Of a DNA stretch of 64,000 nt, positions 49,332 to 59,121 are shown piece after piece. Below the pieces are notes generated by a model, which was not told the origin of the DNA, ran no database searches, and was given only the letters and a program-made list of their open reading frames with translations. The first letter of the stretch is position 1; each line of letters begins with the position of its first letter. Location: assembly GCA_051893155.1 (NCBI GenBank), contig JBJFGY010000017.1, positions 1,677 through 65,676 of the forward strand, written 5' to 3'. This stretch comes from Bacilli bacterium (GTDB lineage: Bacteria > Bacillota_I > Bacilli_A > RF39 > UBA660). Both the position numbers and the translations under genes were made by a program.

Positions 49332-49372
49332 GCTTATATATTACCTTTTTTTTGTATTTTTCATAATATATT

Positions 49373-49606
49373 ATGAAGCATAAGAAAGGAAGGCCTATGA
49401 AAAAAATGTTATTAACCAAAAGAGAACAAGAAATTTTTGAACTTTTAGTTCTTAACAAATCAACTAAAGAAATAGCCGAAAAACTCAATATTAGTCAAAA
49501 AACTGTTCGAAATCATATATCTAATACAATGCAAAAATTAGGTGTTAAAGGCCGATGTAATGCGATAATAGAATTATTAAAACTTGGAGCAATTTCATTA
49601 GATTAA
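49373..49606 (+). CDS. gerE: sporulation transcription regulator GerE (LuxR-type HTH)
   Basis: LLTKREQEIFELLVLNKSTKEIAEKLNISQKTVRNHISNTMQKLGVKGRCNAIIELLKLG closely matches the GerE pattern. The real start is probably the ATG at 49397 after the aaggaagg RBS. Confidence 0.8.
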   Translation: MKHKKGRPMKKMLLTKREQEIFELLVLNKSTKEIAEKLNISQKTVRNHISNTMQKLGVKGRCNAIIELLKLGAISLD

Positions 49607-49610
49607 TAAA

Positions 49611-49636
49611 AAAGCCAATAAGGCTTTTTTTGAATA
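49611..49636 (+). terminator. rho-independent terminator after gerE
   Basis: aaaaagccaataaggcttttttt: an agcc/ggct stem plus a T run. Confidence 0.55.
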
Positions 49637-49675
49637 AAGAATAAAATATTAAATATAATTTATTAGGTGATGTAA

Positions 49676-50578
49676 ATGCTAAAAAGACGTGCTATAAAAA
49701 GAATAATTATATCTACAGGTGCACTTCTTATATTTTTTTTAATTTATTTTTTCCCAAATCAAAATAATTTTTCTATTCCAGAAGAAGTAATATATATTGA
49801 AGAATTAACTTTACCACTATATACAATAGATCAAAATAATTATGTTGCAAGAACAAATATTATAAAAAAAGAAAATGATGATATAAACTATATAATAAAT
49901 GTTTTAACAAAAGGTTCAATTAATTCAAATTATCTACCTAGTAATTTTTACTCGCCTATACCAAAAGGTACAAAGTTAATTGACTATAGCTTAAATGATG
50001 GACTTTTAAAACTTAATTTTTCAAAAGAATTATTAAATGTAACAAAATCAGATGAAGAAAAAATGCTTGAAAGTTTAATATATTCATTATGTGAACTTGA
50101 TAATGTAAATAAAATTATGATTTTTGTTGAAAATGAAAAATTAAACGAACTTCCAAATTCAAAGACTAAACTACCTACCGTTTTAGATAAAACTTACGGA
50201 ATAAATAAAGTATATGATATTAAAAATATTAAAGATACCACTAAAACAACAATATACTATTTAAGTAAATATGAAGATGATTTATATTATGTTCCAATTA
50301 CAAAAATTACTAATAATGATGAAAAAAATTATGTAGAAATAATCGTTAATGAATTAAAAACTTCTCCAATTTATGAAAGTAATTTATTAAGTTATTTAAA
50401 TGCTAGTTATGAACTTGAAAGTTATGAAATACTAGAAAATTCTATTACATTATCATTTAATAATAATTTAATTGCTTCTTTAGAAGATAAAGATTTAGTA
50501 GAAAAAGTTAAATATTCAATTTCACTTTCTTTAAGGGACACATATAATCTAGATAATATTATAATTAATGTGAATTAA
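49676..50578 (+). CDS. gerM: GerM-like germination/sporulation protein (two GerMN-type repeats), N-anchored
   Basis: 300 aa. N-terminal TM. Two repeats with ...KLNFS.../...TLSFN... modules, resembling the GerMN domain organisation. Tentative. Confidence 0.4.
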   Translation: MLKRRAIKRIIISTGALLIFFLIYFFPNQNNFSIPEEVIYIEELTLPLYTIDQNNYVARTNIIKKENDDINYIINVLTKGSINSNYLPSNFYSPIPKGTKLIDYSLNDGLLKLNFSKELLNVTKSDEEKMLESLIYSLCELDNVNKIMIFVENEKLNELPNSKTKLPTVLDKTYGINKVYDIKNIKDTTKTTIYYLSKYEDDLYYVPITKITNNDEKNYVEIIVNELKTSPIYESNLLSYLNASYELESYEILENSITLSFNNNLIASLEDKDLVEKVKYSISLSLRDTYNLDNIIINVN

Positions 50579-50617
50579 ATAAAAAAAATAAACCATATTA
50601 ATTATGGAGATGATTAT

Positions 50618-50944
50618 ATGCCAGTTATTGCATTTAAAAAGAAACTTAAAGGATATGATGTAAGCTTTGCTTTTAATACTTGTTATAATAATGAATGTAA
50701 ATTAAAAATTAAAAATACTGATGTTTGTTTTTCTGAAGAAGAAAAACAAATAAATGAAGTAATAAAAAATTTTGATGAAAAAGCTTATCAAAAATATTTA
50801 GATAAATATAATATCATTTTTATAGCGCTTGCAAAATATTTTATTGATAAAATACCAAATATTTTCTCAATAAAATTTGAAGATAAAAATCAAAAATGTA
50901 TTTTATATGTGGACGAAATTGAAAATTTTAGTCAAAAAGATTAA
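50618..50944 (+). CDS. hypothetical protein
   Basis: 108-aa ORF with an RBS ggagatg-like upstream. No motif. Confidence 0.35.
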   Translation: MPVIAFKKKLKGYDVSFAFNTCYNNECKLKIKNTDVCFSEEEKQINEVIKNFDEKAYQKYLDKYNIIFIALAKYFIDKIPNIFSIKFEDKNQKCILYVDEIENFSQKD

Positions 50945-50950
50945 TTTTTC

Positions 50951-50980
50951 TTGTAAATAAAAAAAATTTGATATATAATG
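50951..50980 (+). promoter_or_regulatory. sigma-A promoter for tRNA-Arg
   Basis: TTGTAA, 17 nt, TATAAT, ending about 11 nt before the tRNA 5' end. Confidence 0.45.
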
Positions 50981-50990
50981 TAATTGTGAT

Positions 50991-51067
<77 letters not shown>

Positions 51068-51073
51068 TAATTA

Positions 51074-51112
51074 AGTTTTTTAAAAGTAACTATTATAAAG
51101 TTACTTTTTTTT
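51074..51112 (+). terminator. rho-independent terminator after tRNA-Arg
   Basis: aaagtaactattataaagttacttttttttt. Confidence 0.6.
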
Positions 51113-51208
51113 ATTTAATAATTTATTTGCAAGAACAATACCTATTGGTAAACATATAATATATATTATTACAATTTTATTATTATCCTTACTTTTTTAT
51201 AAAAACAT

Positions 51209-52024
51209 TTAATTATTAAGTTTCTCAATTGAATAAAAATAATAATCATTATTATGCATTTTAAATGATATTTTTAATTTATTATAATTATTGCAATTAT
51301 CTTTTGTAATTTCTTCCGAATTTTCATTATATGAAACATATAAATATACATTGCCATTGATTAATTCATATTTATATAAGTAATCTACGAAAGAACTTGT
51401 CATACCACCTCCACAAGGAGCATTATAATATGCATTATATTTTTCTGAATATATATATTGACCTGCAAATGTATTTACTTTAAAACTTCGATTTGTTATT
51501 TTTTTACCAAAAGAAATATTTTCATAATTTTTTTCAACATTACTTGCATCATATTTAACAACACATTGTTCACCTGTTAAAGTTCCATCCTTATAATAAA
51601 AATTTTCTTTTTCAGTATCATAAATAAAATCATCCAAATTTTCAACGCTTTTTCTTTCAAGAACTTTTAAATCCTCATTTAAACTTAAATATAATAATTC
51701 ATCTTCATTAAGATTTTCTATAGTAAAATTATAGTTTTTTTTCATAAATAAAAAAATTGGTCGAATATTTTCATATCTTTTTTGTATTTTGTTTAATTCC
51801 TCTATTGTAATGGTTTCTTTTTTTACATTTAATTCATCATTAGAATTTTCGTTAGTTACTAGGTTGTTAGTTACTATGTTATTATTATCAATTTTAGAAT
51901 TATTATTTAAAATATTTTTTTCTAAAAATATACCTATTGGCACACAAATAATTACACATACTATTACTGTAATTAAAATTGTAACTAAACTATTATTTTT
52001 CTTATTTTTAGTACCATCTATCAT
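51209..52024 (-). CDS. hypothetical N-anchored protein
   Basis: 271 aa with one N-terminal TM, then a soluble domain containing Cys pairs. Confidence 0.4.
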   Translation of the reverse strand: MIDGTKNKKNNSLVTILITVIVCVIICVPIGIFLEKNILNNNSKIDNNNIVTNNLVTNENSNDELNVKKETITIEELNKIQKRYENIRPIFLFMKKNYNFTIENLNEDELLYLSLNEDLKVLERKSVENLDDFIYDTEKENFYYKDGTLTGEQCVVKYDASNVEKNYENISFGKKITNRSFKVNTFAGQYIYSEKYNAYYNAPCGGGMTSSFVDYLYKYELINGNVYLYVSYNENSEEITKDNCNNYNKLKISFKMHNNDYYFYSIEKLNN

Positions 52025-52102
52025 AACCTCACCTCTTATTATAAGATTATCATATTATAAAAAATAATTCATTAAAAAAGTAAGATTTTGTCCTACTTTA
52101 CA

Positions 52103-53521
52103 TTATTTTACTATATTGCCATCTAAACTAAAACTTTTAGCGTCTGTTATTTTAACAGAAACAATGTTACCTATTTCTTTTTTATCACAAGCCACATTTA
52201 CAAGTTTCATAGTTTCCGTATAACCATATAATTTTTCTTTATCTTTTTCACTTTCACCAATTAAAAGAACTTTAACTACTTTATTTAATAGTTTTTCATT
52301 ACTTTCTTTAGAATATTTGTTAACTAATTCATTTAATCTATGTAATCTATTTTCTTTTTCTTCTTGAGATACATCATCTTTCATAAATGATGAAGCAGTA
52401 CCTTTTCTTTCGGAATAAATAAATGTATATGCACCATCATATTTACAATAATTTACAATATCTAAAGTTTCTTGAAAATCTTCTTCTGTTTCGGAAGGAA
52501 AACCAACTATTATATCAGTGGTAATCGCCACGCCTGGTATTTTTTCTTTCATTTTATTAAATAATGTAATATATTCTTCTTTAGTATATCTTCGATTCAT
52601 CTTCTTTAATATTCTATTACTACCTGATTGAATAGGAAGATGAATATAAGGCATAATATTATCATACTTACTTATTACATCAATCATTTTATCAGTAAAA
52701 TCCCATGGATGAGATGTAACAAATCTAAGTCTTGGAATTCCAAGTTTTGCAACATTTTCAAGTAAAGTTGCAAAATCATAACCTAAATTTAAATCTTTTC
52801 CGTAAGCATTAACATTTTGGCCAAGTAAAGTTATTTCTTTATAACCTGAATCTACTAATGCTTTACATTCATTTAAAATACATTCCATTTTTCTACTACG
52901 TTCTCTACCTCTTGTATATGGAACAATACAATATGTACAAAATTTATCACAACCAAACATTACATTAACCCAAGCGCAAATATTTGAATCTCTTTTATAA
53001 ATTATATTTTCTGGAACAATATCGCTATTTGAATGAACTAATATATTTTGCTTATCAAGTTTTTCAATTAATAGTTTAGGTAAATCAAAAATATTATTTG
53101 GGCCAATTACAATATCAACATATTTATGATTTTTTTCAATATCTTCAACTACATCAACTTGACCAGCCATACAACCCATTAAAATAATAATTAAATCTTT
53201 TTTTTCTTTTTTTAAATGTTTACATCTACCTAAATAGCCAAACACTTTATCATGAGCATTTTCTCTTATTGCACAAGTATTTAATACTACTATATCTGCT
53301 TTTACTAATTCATCAGTTTTTGTAAATCCTAACATTTCTAAATATGAAGATATTTGCTCACTATCATGAACATTCATTTGACAACCATATGTTTTAAGAA
53401 AATATTTTTTTCCTTCATATATTTTTTTTATTTCATTATCAACATTTAAATAATTAATTTTAGTTTCAGATCTATCTTTTGCAATATCATAATTTGGTTT
53501 TAACATAAAAATCACTTCCAA
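52103..53521 (-). CDS. miaB: tRNA methylthiotransferase, MiaB family (radical SAM + TRAM)
   Basis: N-terminal MTTase domain (TYGCQMNVHDSEQ), radical SAM CDKFCTYC, C-terminal TRAM. 472 aa. Confidence 0.7.
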   Translation of the reverse strand: MEVIFMLKPNYDIAKDRSETKINYLNVDNEIKKIYEGKKYFLKTYGCQMNVHDSEQISSYLEMLGFTKTDELVKADIVVLNTCAIRENAHDKVFGYLGRCKHLKKEKKDLIIILMGCMAGQVDVVEDIEKNHKYVDIVIGPNNIFDLPKLLIEKLDKQNILVHSNSDIVPENIIYKRDSNICAWVNVMFGCDKFCTYCIVPYTRGRERSRKMECILNECKALVDSGYKEITLLGQNVNAYGKDLNLGYDFATLLENVAKLGIPRLRFVTSHPWDFTDKMIDVISKYDNIMPYIHLPIQSGSNRILKKMNRRYTKEEYITLFNKMKEKIPGVAITTDIIVGFPSETEEDFQETLDIVNYCKYDGAYTFIYSERKGTASSFMKDDVSQEEKENRLHRLNELVNKYSKESNEKLLNKVVKVLLIGESEKDKEKLYGYTETMKLVNVACDKKEIGNIVSVKITDAKSFSLDGNIVK

Positions 53522-53802
53522 CTAAATCGTATTATAGCAAAATTTATATTTAATTGAAAGGGATTTTGGATAAACTGGGATATTATTAAGAAATTCTTAA
53601 TAATTAAGAAAGTTTATAATTATAATAGGGATGCATGATATGAAATAATTTGTTACCCAAAACCCGCTTTCATTAGTAATTTACCTTATTTAGAAATATA
53701 TTTCAATACATTCGACAAAACTAGAAAAAAATAGAATTATATCGACAAAATTTATCATTTTTTTCATAAAAAAATTAATGAATTATCATTAATGAATTAT
53801 CA

Positions 53803-55089
53803 TTAATTTTTAGGAATAACTTTATCTTTTCCACCCATATAAGGTTGTAATACTTTTGGTATATTTATACTACCATCTTCATTATAATTATTTTCAACAA
53901 AAGCAATTAAAGCTCTTGGAGAAGCAAGCACAGTATTATTTAAGGTATGAACAAAATATGTACCATTTTCACCTTTGGTTCTTATACCAAGTCTTCTTGC
54001 TTGAGCATCAGATAAATTTGAACATGATCCTACTTCAAAATATTTTTTTTGTCTTGGACTCCATGCTTCAACATCACAAGATTTTACCTTAAGATCTGCT
54101 AAATCACCACTACAGCACTCAATAGTTCGTACTGGAATATCTAAATTTCTAAATAATTCAACAGTAGCTTTCCACATTTTATCATACCAATTCCATGAGT
54201 CTTCTGGTTTACATAAAACTATCATTTCCTGTTTTTCAAATTGATGAACTCTATAAACACCTTTTTCTTCAATTCCATGAGCACCACCTTCTTTTCTAAA
54301 GCATGGTGAATATGAAGTAAGAGCAATGGGAAGTTTTTTTTCATCAACTATTTGTCCTAGATATCTTCCTATCATAGAATGCTCAGAAGTACCGATTAAA
54401 TACAAATCTTCACCTTCTATTTTATACATCATAGCTTCCATTTCAGGGAAACTCATAACACCTTCCACAACAGAACTATGAATCATAAAAGGTGGAATAG
54501 TATATGTAAAACCTTTGTCAATCATAAAATCTCTAGCATAAGAAAGCATAGCACTATGAATTCTAGCAATATCACCAGTTAAATAATAAAAACCTTCTCC
54601 AGAAGTTCTTCCAGCGCTTTCCTTATCAAGTCCAGATAAACGCTCCATAATGTCAGCATGATGTGGAATTTCATAATTTGGAACTACAGGTTCTCCAAAT
54701 CTTTCTAATTCTACATTTTTACTATCATCTTTACCAATTGGAACACTTGGATCAATAATATTTGGAATTAAAAGCATCTTTTCATGGATTTCATTTTGAA
54801 GTCTTTCCTCATCAACAGTAAGGCTTGCAATTTGAGTATTAATTTCATTTACTCTTTTTTTTGCATGCTCAACTTTATCAATTTCTTTATTTCTTACATA
54901 TTCACCAATTTTTGAACTAATATTATTTTTTTCACATCTTAATTCATCAGCTTGGGATTTAATTTGACGAAATTTTTTATCTTTTTCTTCAATTTCATCA
55001 ACTAAAGAAAGTTTTTCACTTTGAAACTTCTTTTTAATATTTTCTTTTACTAATTCCTTATTTTCCCTAATTAAGTTAATGTCTATCAT
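53803..55089 (-). CDS. serS: serine--tRNA ligase
   Basis: Long N-terminal coiled coil, class II core (FRKEGGAHG... GSCSNLSDAQARRL). Start moved to MIDINLIRE after the gaaagga RBS. Confidence 0.9.
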   Translation of the reverse strand: MIDINLIRENKELVKENIKKKFQSEKLSLVDEIEEKDKKFRQIKSQADELRCEKNNISSKIGEYVRNKEIDKVEHAKKRVNEINTQIASLTVDEERLQNEIHEKMLLIPNIIDPSVPIGKDDSKNVELERFGEPVVPNYEIPHHADIMERLSGLDKESAGRTSGEGFYYLTGDIARIHSAMLSYARDFMIDKGFTYTIPPFMIHSSVVEGVMSFPEMEAMMYKIEGEDLYLIGTSEHSMIGRYLGQIVDEKKLPIALTSYSPCFRKEGGAHGIEEKGVYRVHQFEKQEMIVLCKPEDSWNWYDKMWKATVELFRNLDIPVRTIECCSGDLADLKVKSCDVEAWSPRQKKYFEVGSCSNLSDAQARRLGIRTKGENGTYFVHTLNNTVLASPRALIAFVENNYNEDGSINIPKVLQPYMGGKDKVIPKN

Positions 55090-55129
55090 TTTTATCAATC
55101 CTTTCAATAAAAAAACACCACACATTTAA

Positions 55130-55370
55130 GGAGCAAATGCTGCGGTGCCATCCTTTATATTACTTAATTATTTTATAACGGAAATTACCCGAAGTTTATT
55201 AAACTCTCTAGAAAGTAGATTCATAAATATTTATTTATTAACTTTCATCAACCGTTAACTTTCTTTAAAATAAAATTATTTATTACTTTTCTTTCATCAT
55301 TGATTTACAAAGATATTGTAGCATTTACTTTAAATTTTTACAAGAATAAATTTTCATATATTTACCAGTT
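55130..55370 (-). promoter_or_regulatory. T-box riboswitch leader of serS
   Basis: Minus-strand reading contains AGAGAG (stem I AG-box region), the T-box sequence GGATGGCACCGCAG, and a terminator (CACCGCA..TGTGGTG + T7) immediately upstream of the serS RBS. A TTGTAA-17-TACAAT promoter lies further upstream. Confidence 0.5.
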
Positions 55371-55425
55371 GAAATTTATTTAATTTTAGATATAATATAA
55401 CTGAAACATTTGTTTGGGAGGATAT

Positions 55426-56688
55426 ATGGATAATCTATTTAAAGAAAGACATATTTTATGTATTGATTTAAAAAGTTTTTTTGCTTCATGCGAATGCGTA
55501 AAAAAAGGTGTTAATCCATTTAATTATCCCCTTGTAGTGGCAAATCCTAATCAAGGTGATGGAGCTATCACTTTAGCTGTTACACCATTTTTAAAAAAAC
55601 TTGGAGTTAAATCAAGAGGAAGAATTTTTGAAATACCTAAAAATATTAAATACGAAATAGCTATGCCACATATGAACTATTATATAAATAAAAGTAAAGA
55701 AGTCGTTTCCGTATATTTAGATTATGTTGCTAAAGAGGATATTCATATATATTCTATTGATGAATGTTTTTTAGATGTAACTTCTTATTTGAAATTATAT
55801 CAAAAAACTGATTATGAACTTGCTAAAGATATATTAAAAAAAGTTTATGATAAAACTGGTCTTACAGCTACATGTGGTATAGGTCCTAATATGTTACTTG
55901 CTAAAGTATCAATGGATATTGAAGCAAAGCATAATACTGATTGTATAAGCAAATGGACATATGATGATGTACCTAAAAAATTATGGAAAATTAGCCCTCT
56001 TAGTGATATGTGGGGTATTGGTAAAAATATGGAAAAAAGATTAAATTCTATGAATATTTTTACTATAAAAGATTTAGCTAAAACTAATCCAGGTATTTTA
56101 AAAGATAAATTTGGAATTATTGGAATTGAACTATGGAATCATGCAAATGGAATTGATAATAGTGAAATTAAAGATTTTAATAATATAACTAAAGATAAAT
56201 CATATTCTAATTCCCAAGTTTTATTCAAAGATTATAATGGAAAAAATATATTTATTATAATGAATGAAATGATTGATAATTTATGTGCAAGACTTAGAAA
56301 AAATAATAAAGAATGTTTAACTTTTGGTTTAGGAATTACATATTCCAAAAATACTCCAGGAGGTTTTTATCATAATGTAAAATTAGATAATGCCACAGAT
56401 AAAATGACTGATTTAATAAAATATGCAAGCATTATTTTTGATCGTTATTATGAAAACTTACCTATAAGAAAAGTAACTGTTTGTGCTGGAAATTTGAGAG
56501 ATAAATTAGGAACGCAATTAAATTTATTTGAAGAATATGTAGATATAAAAAAAGAAGATAATATAAATGAAGTAATTGATCAAATAAAAAAAAAGTATGG
56601 AAAAAATAGTGTTCTAAAAGCCTCAAGTTTACTTGAAGATTCAACGATAAAAGAAAGAAATAATAAAGTTGGAGGTCATAATGCATAA
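55426..56688 (+). CDS. Y-family DNA polymerase (UmuC/ImpB/YqjW-like)
   Basis: ILCIDLKSFFASCE, DECFLDVT, GIGPNMLLAKVSMD are Y-family palm/finger motifs. Start set at MDNLF after a GGGAGG RBS. Confidence 0.85.
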   Translation: MDNLFKERHILCIDLKSFFASCECVKKGVNPFNYPLVVANPNQGDGAITLAVTPFLKKLGVKSRGRIFEIPKNIKYEIAMPHMNYYINKSKEVVSVYLDYVAKEDIHIYSIDECFLDVTSYLKLYQKTDYELAKDILKKVYDKTGLTATCGIGPNMLLAKVSMDIEAKHNTDCISKWTYDDVPKKLWKISPLSDMWGIGKNMEKRLNSMNIFTIKDLAKTNPGILKDKFGIIGIELWNHANGIDNSEIKDFNNITKDKSYSNSQVLFKDYNGKNIFIIMNEMIDNLCARLRKNNKECLTFGLGITYSKNTPGGFYHNVKLDNATDKMTDLIKYASIIFDRYYENLPIRKVTVCAGNLRDKLGTQLNLFEEYVDIKKEDNINEVIDQIKKKYGKNSVLKASSLLEDSTIKERNNKVGGHNA

Positions 56689-57001
56689 TATTGAAAGAGG
56701 TATTATAAAGTGGGCTCCTTTTAATTCAGTAGTATCTGGTAATGAAATGTTAAATAGCATTATAAAAGAAAAAAATAAAATAACAATGCCTACTTTATCT
56801 GATGAACAAAAAGAAGTTATAGAAAAAAAATTAATTTTAGCCCTTTACAGTCAAAATATAGTTAATATTTATTATTTTCAAAATGGAAAAATTTTAAATA
56901 TTAAATCAAATATAAAAAAAATAGACTCTACTTATCATAAAATCTATTTTCAAAATAAAGTTATCTTATTTGAACAAATAATTGAAATTAACCAACTATA
57001 A
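56681..57001 (+). CDS. YolD-like protein (UmuD-analogue partner of Firmicute Y-family polymerases)
   Basis: About 106 aa, overlapping the polymerase stop. IKWAPFNS-type motif and conserved synteny. The family assignment is by context and memory. Confidence 0.5.
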   Translation: MHNIERGIIKWAPFNSVVSGNEMLNSIIKEKNKITMPTLSDEQKEVIEKKLILALYSQNIVNIYYFQNGKILNIKSNIKKIDSTYHKIYFQNKVILFEQIIEINQL

Positions 57002-57731
57002 AAAATCTTTTAAATAAGAAAAATAAAATTAATGCAGTTACAAGTAACACAGCCACCGTACAAATTATTTTAACATTTTTACTAATTTTTGGTTTTTGAT
57101 CTTTTGAATTTTCAGTTTTCTCACCTTCCATAATAGGTGCTGCTTCTATAACCGGTTCTGTTTGATTAATAATTGGAGTTTGCATTGGCTCAGCAGGCGT
57201 TTCAACAACCGGAGTTTGCATTGGTTCAACAGGCGCTTCAACAACTGTAGTTTGCATTGGTTCAACAGGTGCTTCAACAACTGGAGTTTGAACTGGCTCA
57301 GCAGGCGCTTCAACAACTGGAGTTTGAACTGGTTCAGCAGGTGTTTCAACAACTGGAGTTTGAACTGGCTCAACAGGTGCTTCAACAACTGGAGTTTGAA
57401 CTGGTTCAGCAGGTGTTTCAACAACTGGAGTTTGCACTGGCTCAACAGGTGCTTCAACAACTGGAGTTTGCACTGGCTCAGCAGGCGTTTCAACAACTGG
57501 AGTTTGAACTGGCTCAACAGGAGTTTCAACAACCGGAGTTTGCATTGGTTCAGCAGGAGTTTCAACAACCGGAGTTTGAACTGGCGCTATTGGTTCTTCA
57601 ATAGTTTGATTAGCTTCAGGCATTTGAGGCATCTCAATTACTGGAGTTTGCACTTCATTATTATTTTCTACTTGTTCTTCTGAACTTTCAATCTTTGGTA
57701 ACTCAATTTTTAAATCATTATTTTCTTCCAT
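56988..57731 (-). CDS. C-tail-anchored tandem-repeat protein (12-aa Q-T-P-V-V-E-T/A-P-A/V-E-P-V/M x about 13)
   Basis: Acidic N-terminus, about 13 near-perfect 12-aa repeats, a KDQKPK segment and a C-terminal TM IICTVAVLLVTALILFFLF. Confidence 0.6.
   Translation of the reverse strand: MEENNDLKIELPKIESSEEQVENNNEVQTPVIEMPQMPEANQTIEEPIAPVQTPVVETPAEPMQTPVVETPVEPVQTPVVETPAEPVQTPVVEAPVEPVQTPVVETPAEPVQTPVVEAPVEPVQTPVVETPAEPVQTPVVEAPAEPVQTPVVEAPVEPMQTTVVEAPVEPMQTPVVETPAEPMQTPIINQTEPVIEAAPIMEGEKTENSKDQKPKISKNVKIICTVAVLLVTALILFFLFKRFFIVG
57123..57590. repeat. tandem 36-bp DNA repeat array (about 13 copies) inside the repeat-protein gene
   Basis: Seen directly: the unit caacaactggagtttgaactggctcagcaggcgctt and variants. 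All six frames stay open across it, which creates the artefactual ORFs. Confidence 0.85.
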
Positions 57732-57759
57732 ATTATCATACCTCTATTATAATTATGCC

Positions 57760-57796
57760 ATAAAAAAGAAAATATTCCTAGTACTAAATTGATATT
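57760..57796 (-). terminator. rho-independent terminator after spoVAE
   Basis: agaaaatattcctagtactaaattgatattttct inverted repeat. Confidence 0.45.
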
Positions 57797-57799
57797 TTC

Positions 57800-58150
57800 T
57801 TAATTTTTAGGTTTAAAAAATATACAAATTATAAACGCAAATACAATTGCCGCAGTTATCGCAAGAGAACTTTTACATAAAAGTCCTGAAAACAATCCTA
57901 ATATTCCTTCATTTTCAAAGCCTTCTATACCGCCTAAAAAAAGCATATTACCAAAATTCATTATTAAAATAGTAGCTCCTACTCCACATTTTTCTATTAA
58001 AGTTGGATAAACGCCTAAAAATGCAAGCAATGCTCCAATAACAGTAAATATTGAAGTAATATGTCCTGGCGTAAGTTTAGTATTATCTAGAATTATTTGA
58101 CCAATCATACAAACAAAACCCGCTAGTAAAAATGCATTTAAATATATCAT
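57800..58150 (-). CDS. spoVAE: stage V sporulation protein AE (SpoVAEB-type)
   Basis: 116 aa. AFLLAGFVCMIGQIILDNTKLTPGHITS...GVGATILI..FGN... is collinear with SpoVAEB. Confidence 0.85.
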   Translation of the reverse strand: MIYLNAFLLAGFVCMIGQIILDNTKLTPGHITSIFTVIGALLAFLGVYPTLIEKCGVGATILIMNFGNMLFLGGIEGFENEGILGLFSGLLCKSSLAITAAIVFAFIICIFFKPKN

Positions 58151-59121
58151 GATAACACCTCAATTTTTACTGCATGACTAATTGCAGGAACCGTTTGATG
58201 TTGATTAACAAGTACTGGCGTATGTAATGAACCACTTCCAACAAGTAAAATTCTTTTATATTTTTTGCTTTTTAAAATTTTTGTAAAAAATATAAGTGGT
58301 AGACAGCAAGGACCAGATCCTCCTGAATACATCTGACTATCTAAAAAAATTTCACAACCAGCATCCATAATTTTATTTAATTTTTCATGATATATTGTTT
58401 CATAATATTCCTTTAAAATATCTAATCCCACACATCCTAAATCACCTGTTAAAATCAAATCATAATCTTTCATAGTTTCATTATTATTTTTTAAGAAATT
58501 ATAAATTGTATCTGCACAAGCTGGAGCCATAATTGCACCCATGTGATTTACATCATTTATTCCTAGATTTATTACCTTACCTACTAAAGCCGAAGAAACT
58601 TTTATATTTGTTTTATCATTTGACAAAATTGCACCTGTACTTGCAGTTACTGTACATGTAGCAGTGGTAGGTTTTGGTGCACCATATTCCACCGGATAAC
58701 GATATTGTCTTTCCGCAGTTAAATTATGTGATGAAGTTAAACAAATAATATTTTTAGCATTTTTACTTTCAATTAAATTAGCACCTAAAATAATAGAAAG
58801 TGGAAAAGTTGCACAAGCTGCATAAACGCCAATAAAAGGAATATTATAATCCATCATAGTATAGTTTGAAATTGCAATTTGATTTATTAAATCCCCTGCT
58901 ATTATATAATTAATATTTTCTTGGCTTAAATTATTTTTATTAAGCAAATTGAGAATTACTAATCTTTGCATTTTAATTTCTGCAAGTTCAAAAGTTTTTT
59001 CTCCAAAATAATAATCATCAAATTTTAAATTATAATTTGTTATCTTACTATCTTTTTCTTTAGGACCAACAATAGAAAAATAATCTTTAATATAAACATT
59101 ATTAAAATTTAAATTAGCCAT
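58147..59121 (-). CDS. spoVAD: stage V sporulation protein AD
   Basis: 324 aa, thiolase/KAS-like fold (…GDLINQ…, …GCVGL…). Canonical position between spoVAC and spoVAE. Confidence 0.85.
   Translation of the reverse strand: MANLNFNNVYIKDYFSIVGPKEKDSKITNYNLKFDDYYFGEKTFELAEIKMQRLVILNLLNKNNLSQENINYIIAGDLINQIAISNYTMMDYNIPFIGVYAACATFPLSIILGANLIESKNAKNIICLTSSHNLTAERQYRYPVEYGAPKPTTATCTVTASTGAILSNDKTNIKVSSALVGKVINLGINDVNHMGAIMAPACADTIYNFLKNNNETMKDYDLILTGDLGCVGLDILKEYYETIYHEKLNKIMDAGCEIFLDSQMYSGGSGPCCLPLIFFTKILKSKKYKRILLVGSGSLHTPVLVNQHQTVPAISHAVKIEVLS

Noticed and set aside
53776-53806. Tandem 16-18-bp repeat, checked as a possible CRISPR array
   Set aside because: Only two contiguous copies with no spacers and no cas genes in the window.
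57146-57683. Track ORFs 57146..57568(-), 57162..57683(+), 57257..57604(+) rich in LLKxL / NNWSLHW repeats
   Set aside because: These are alternative frames and the antisense of the 36-bp tandem repeat array. Only the PVVETPAEPV frame has an RBS, an N-terminal non-repeat region and a C-terminal TM.
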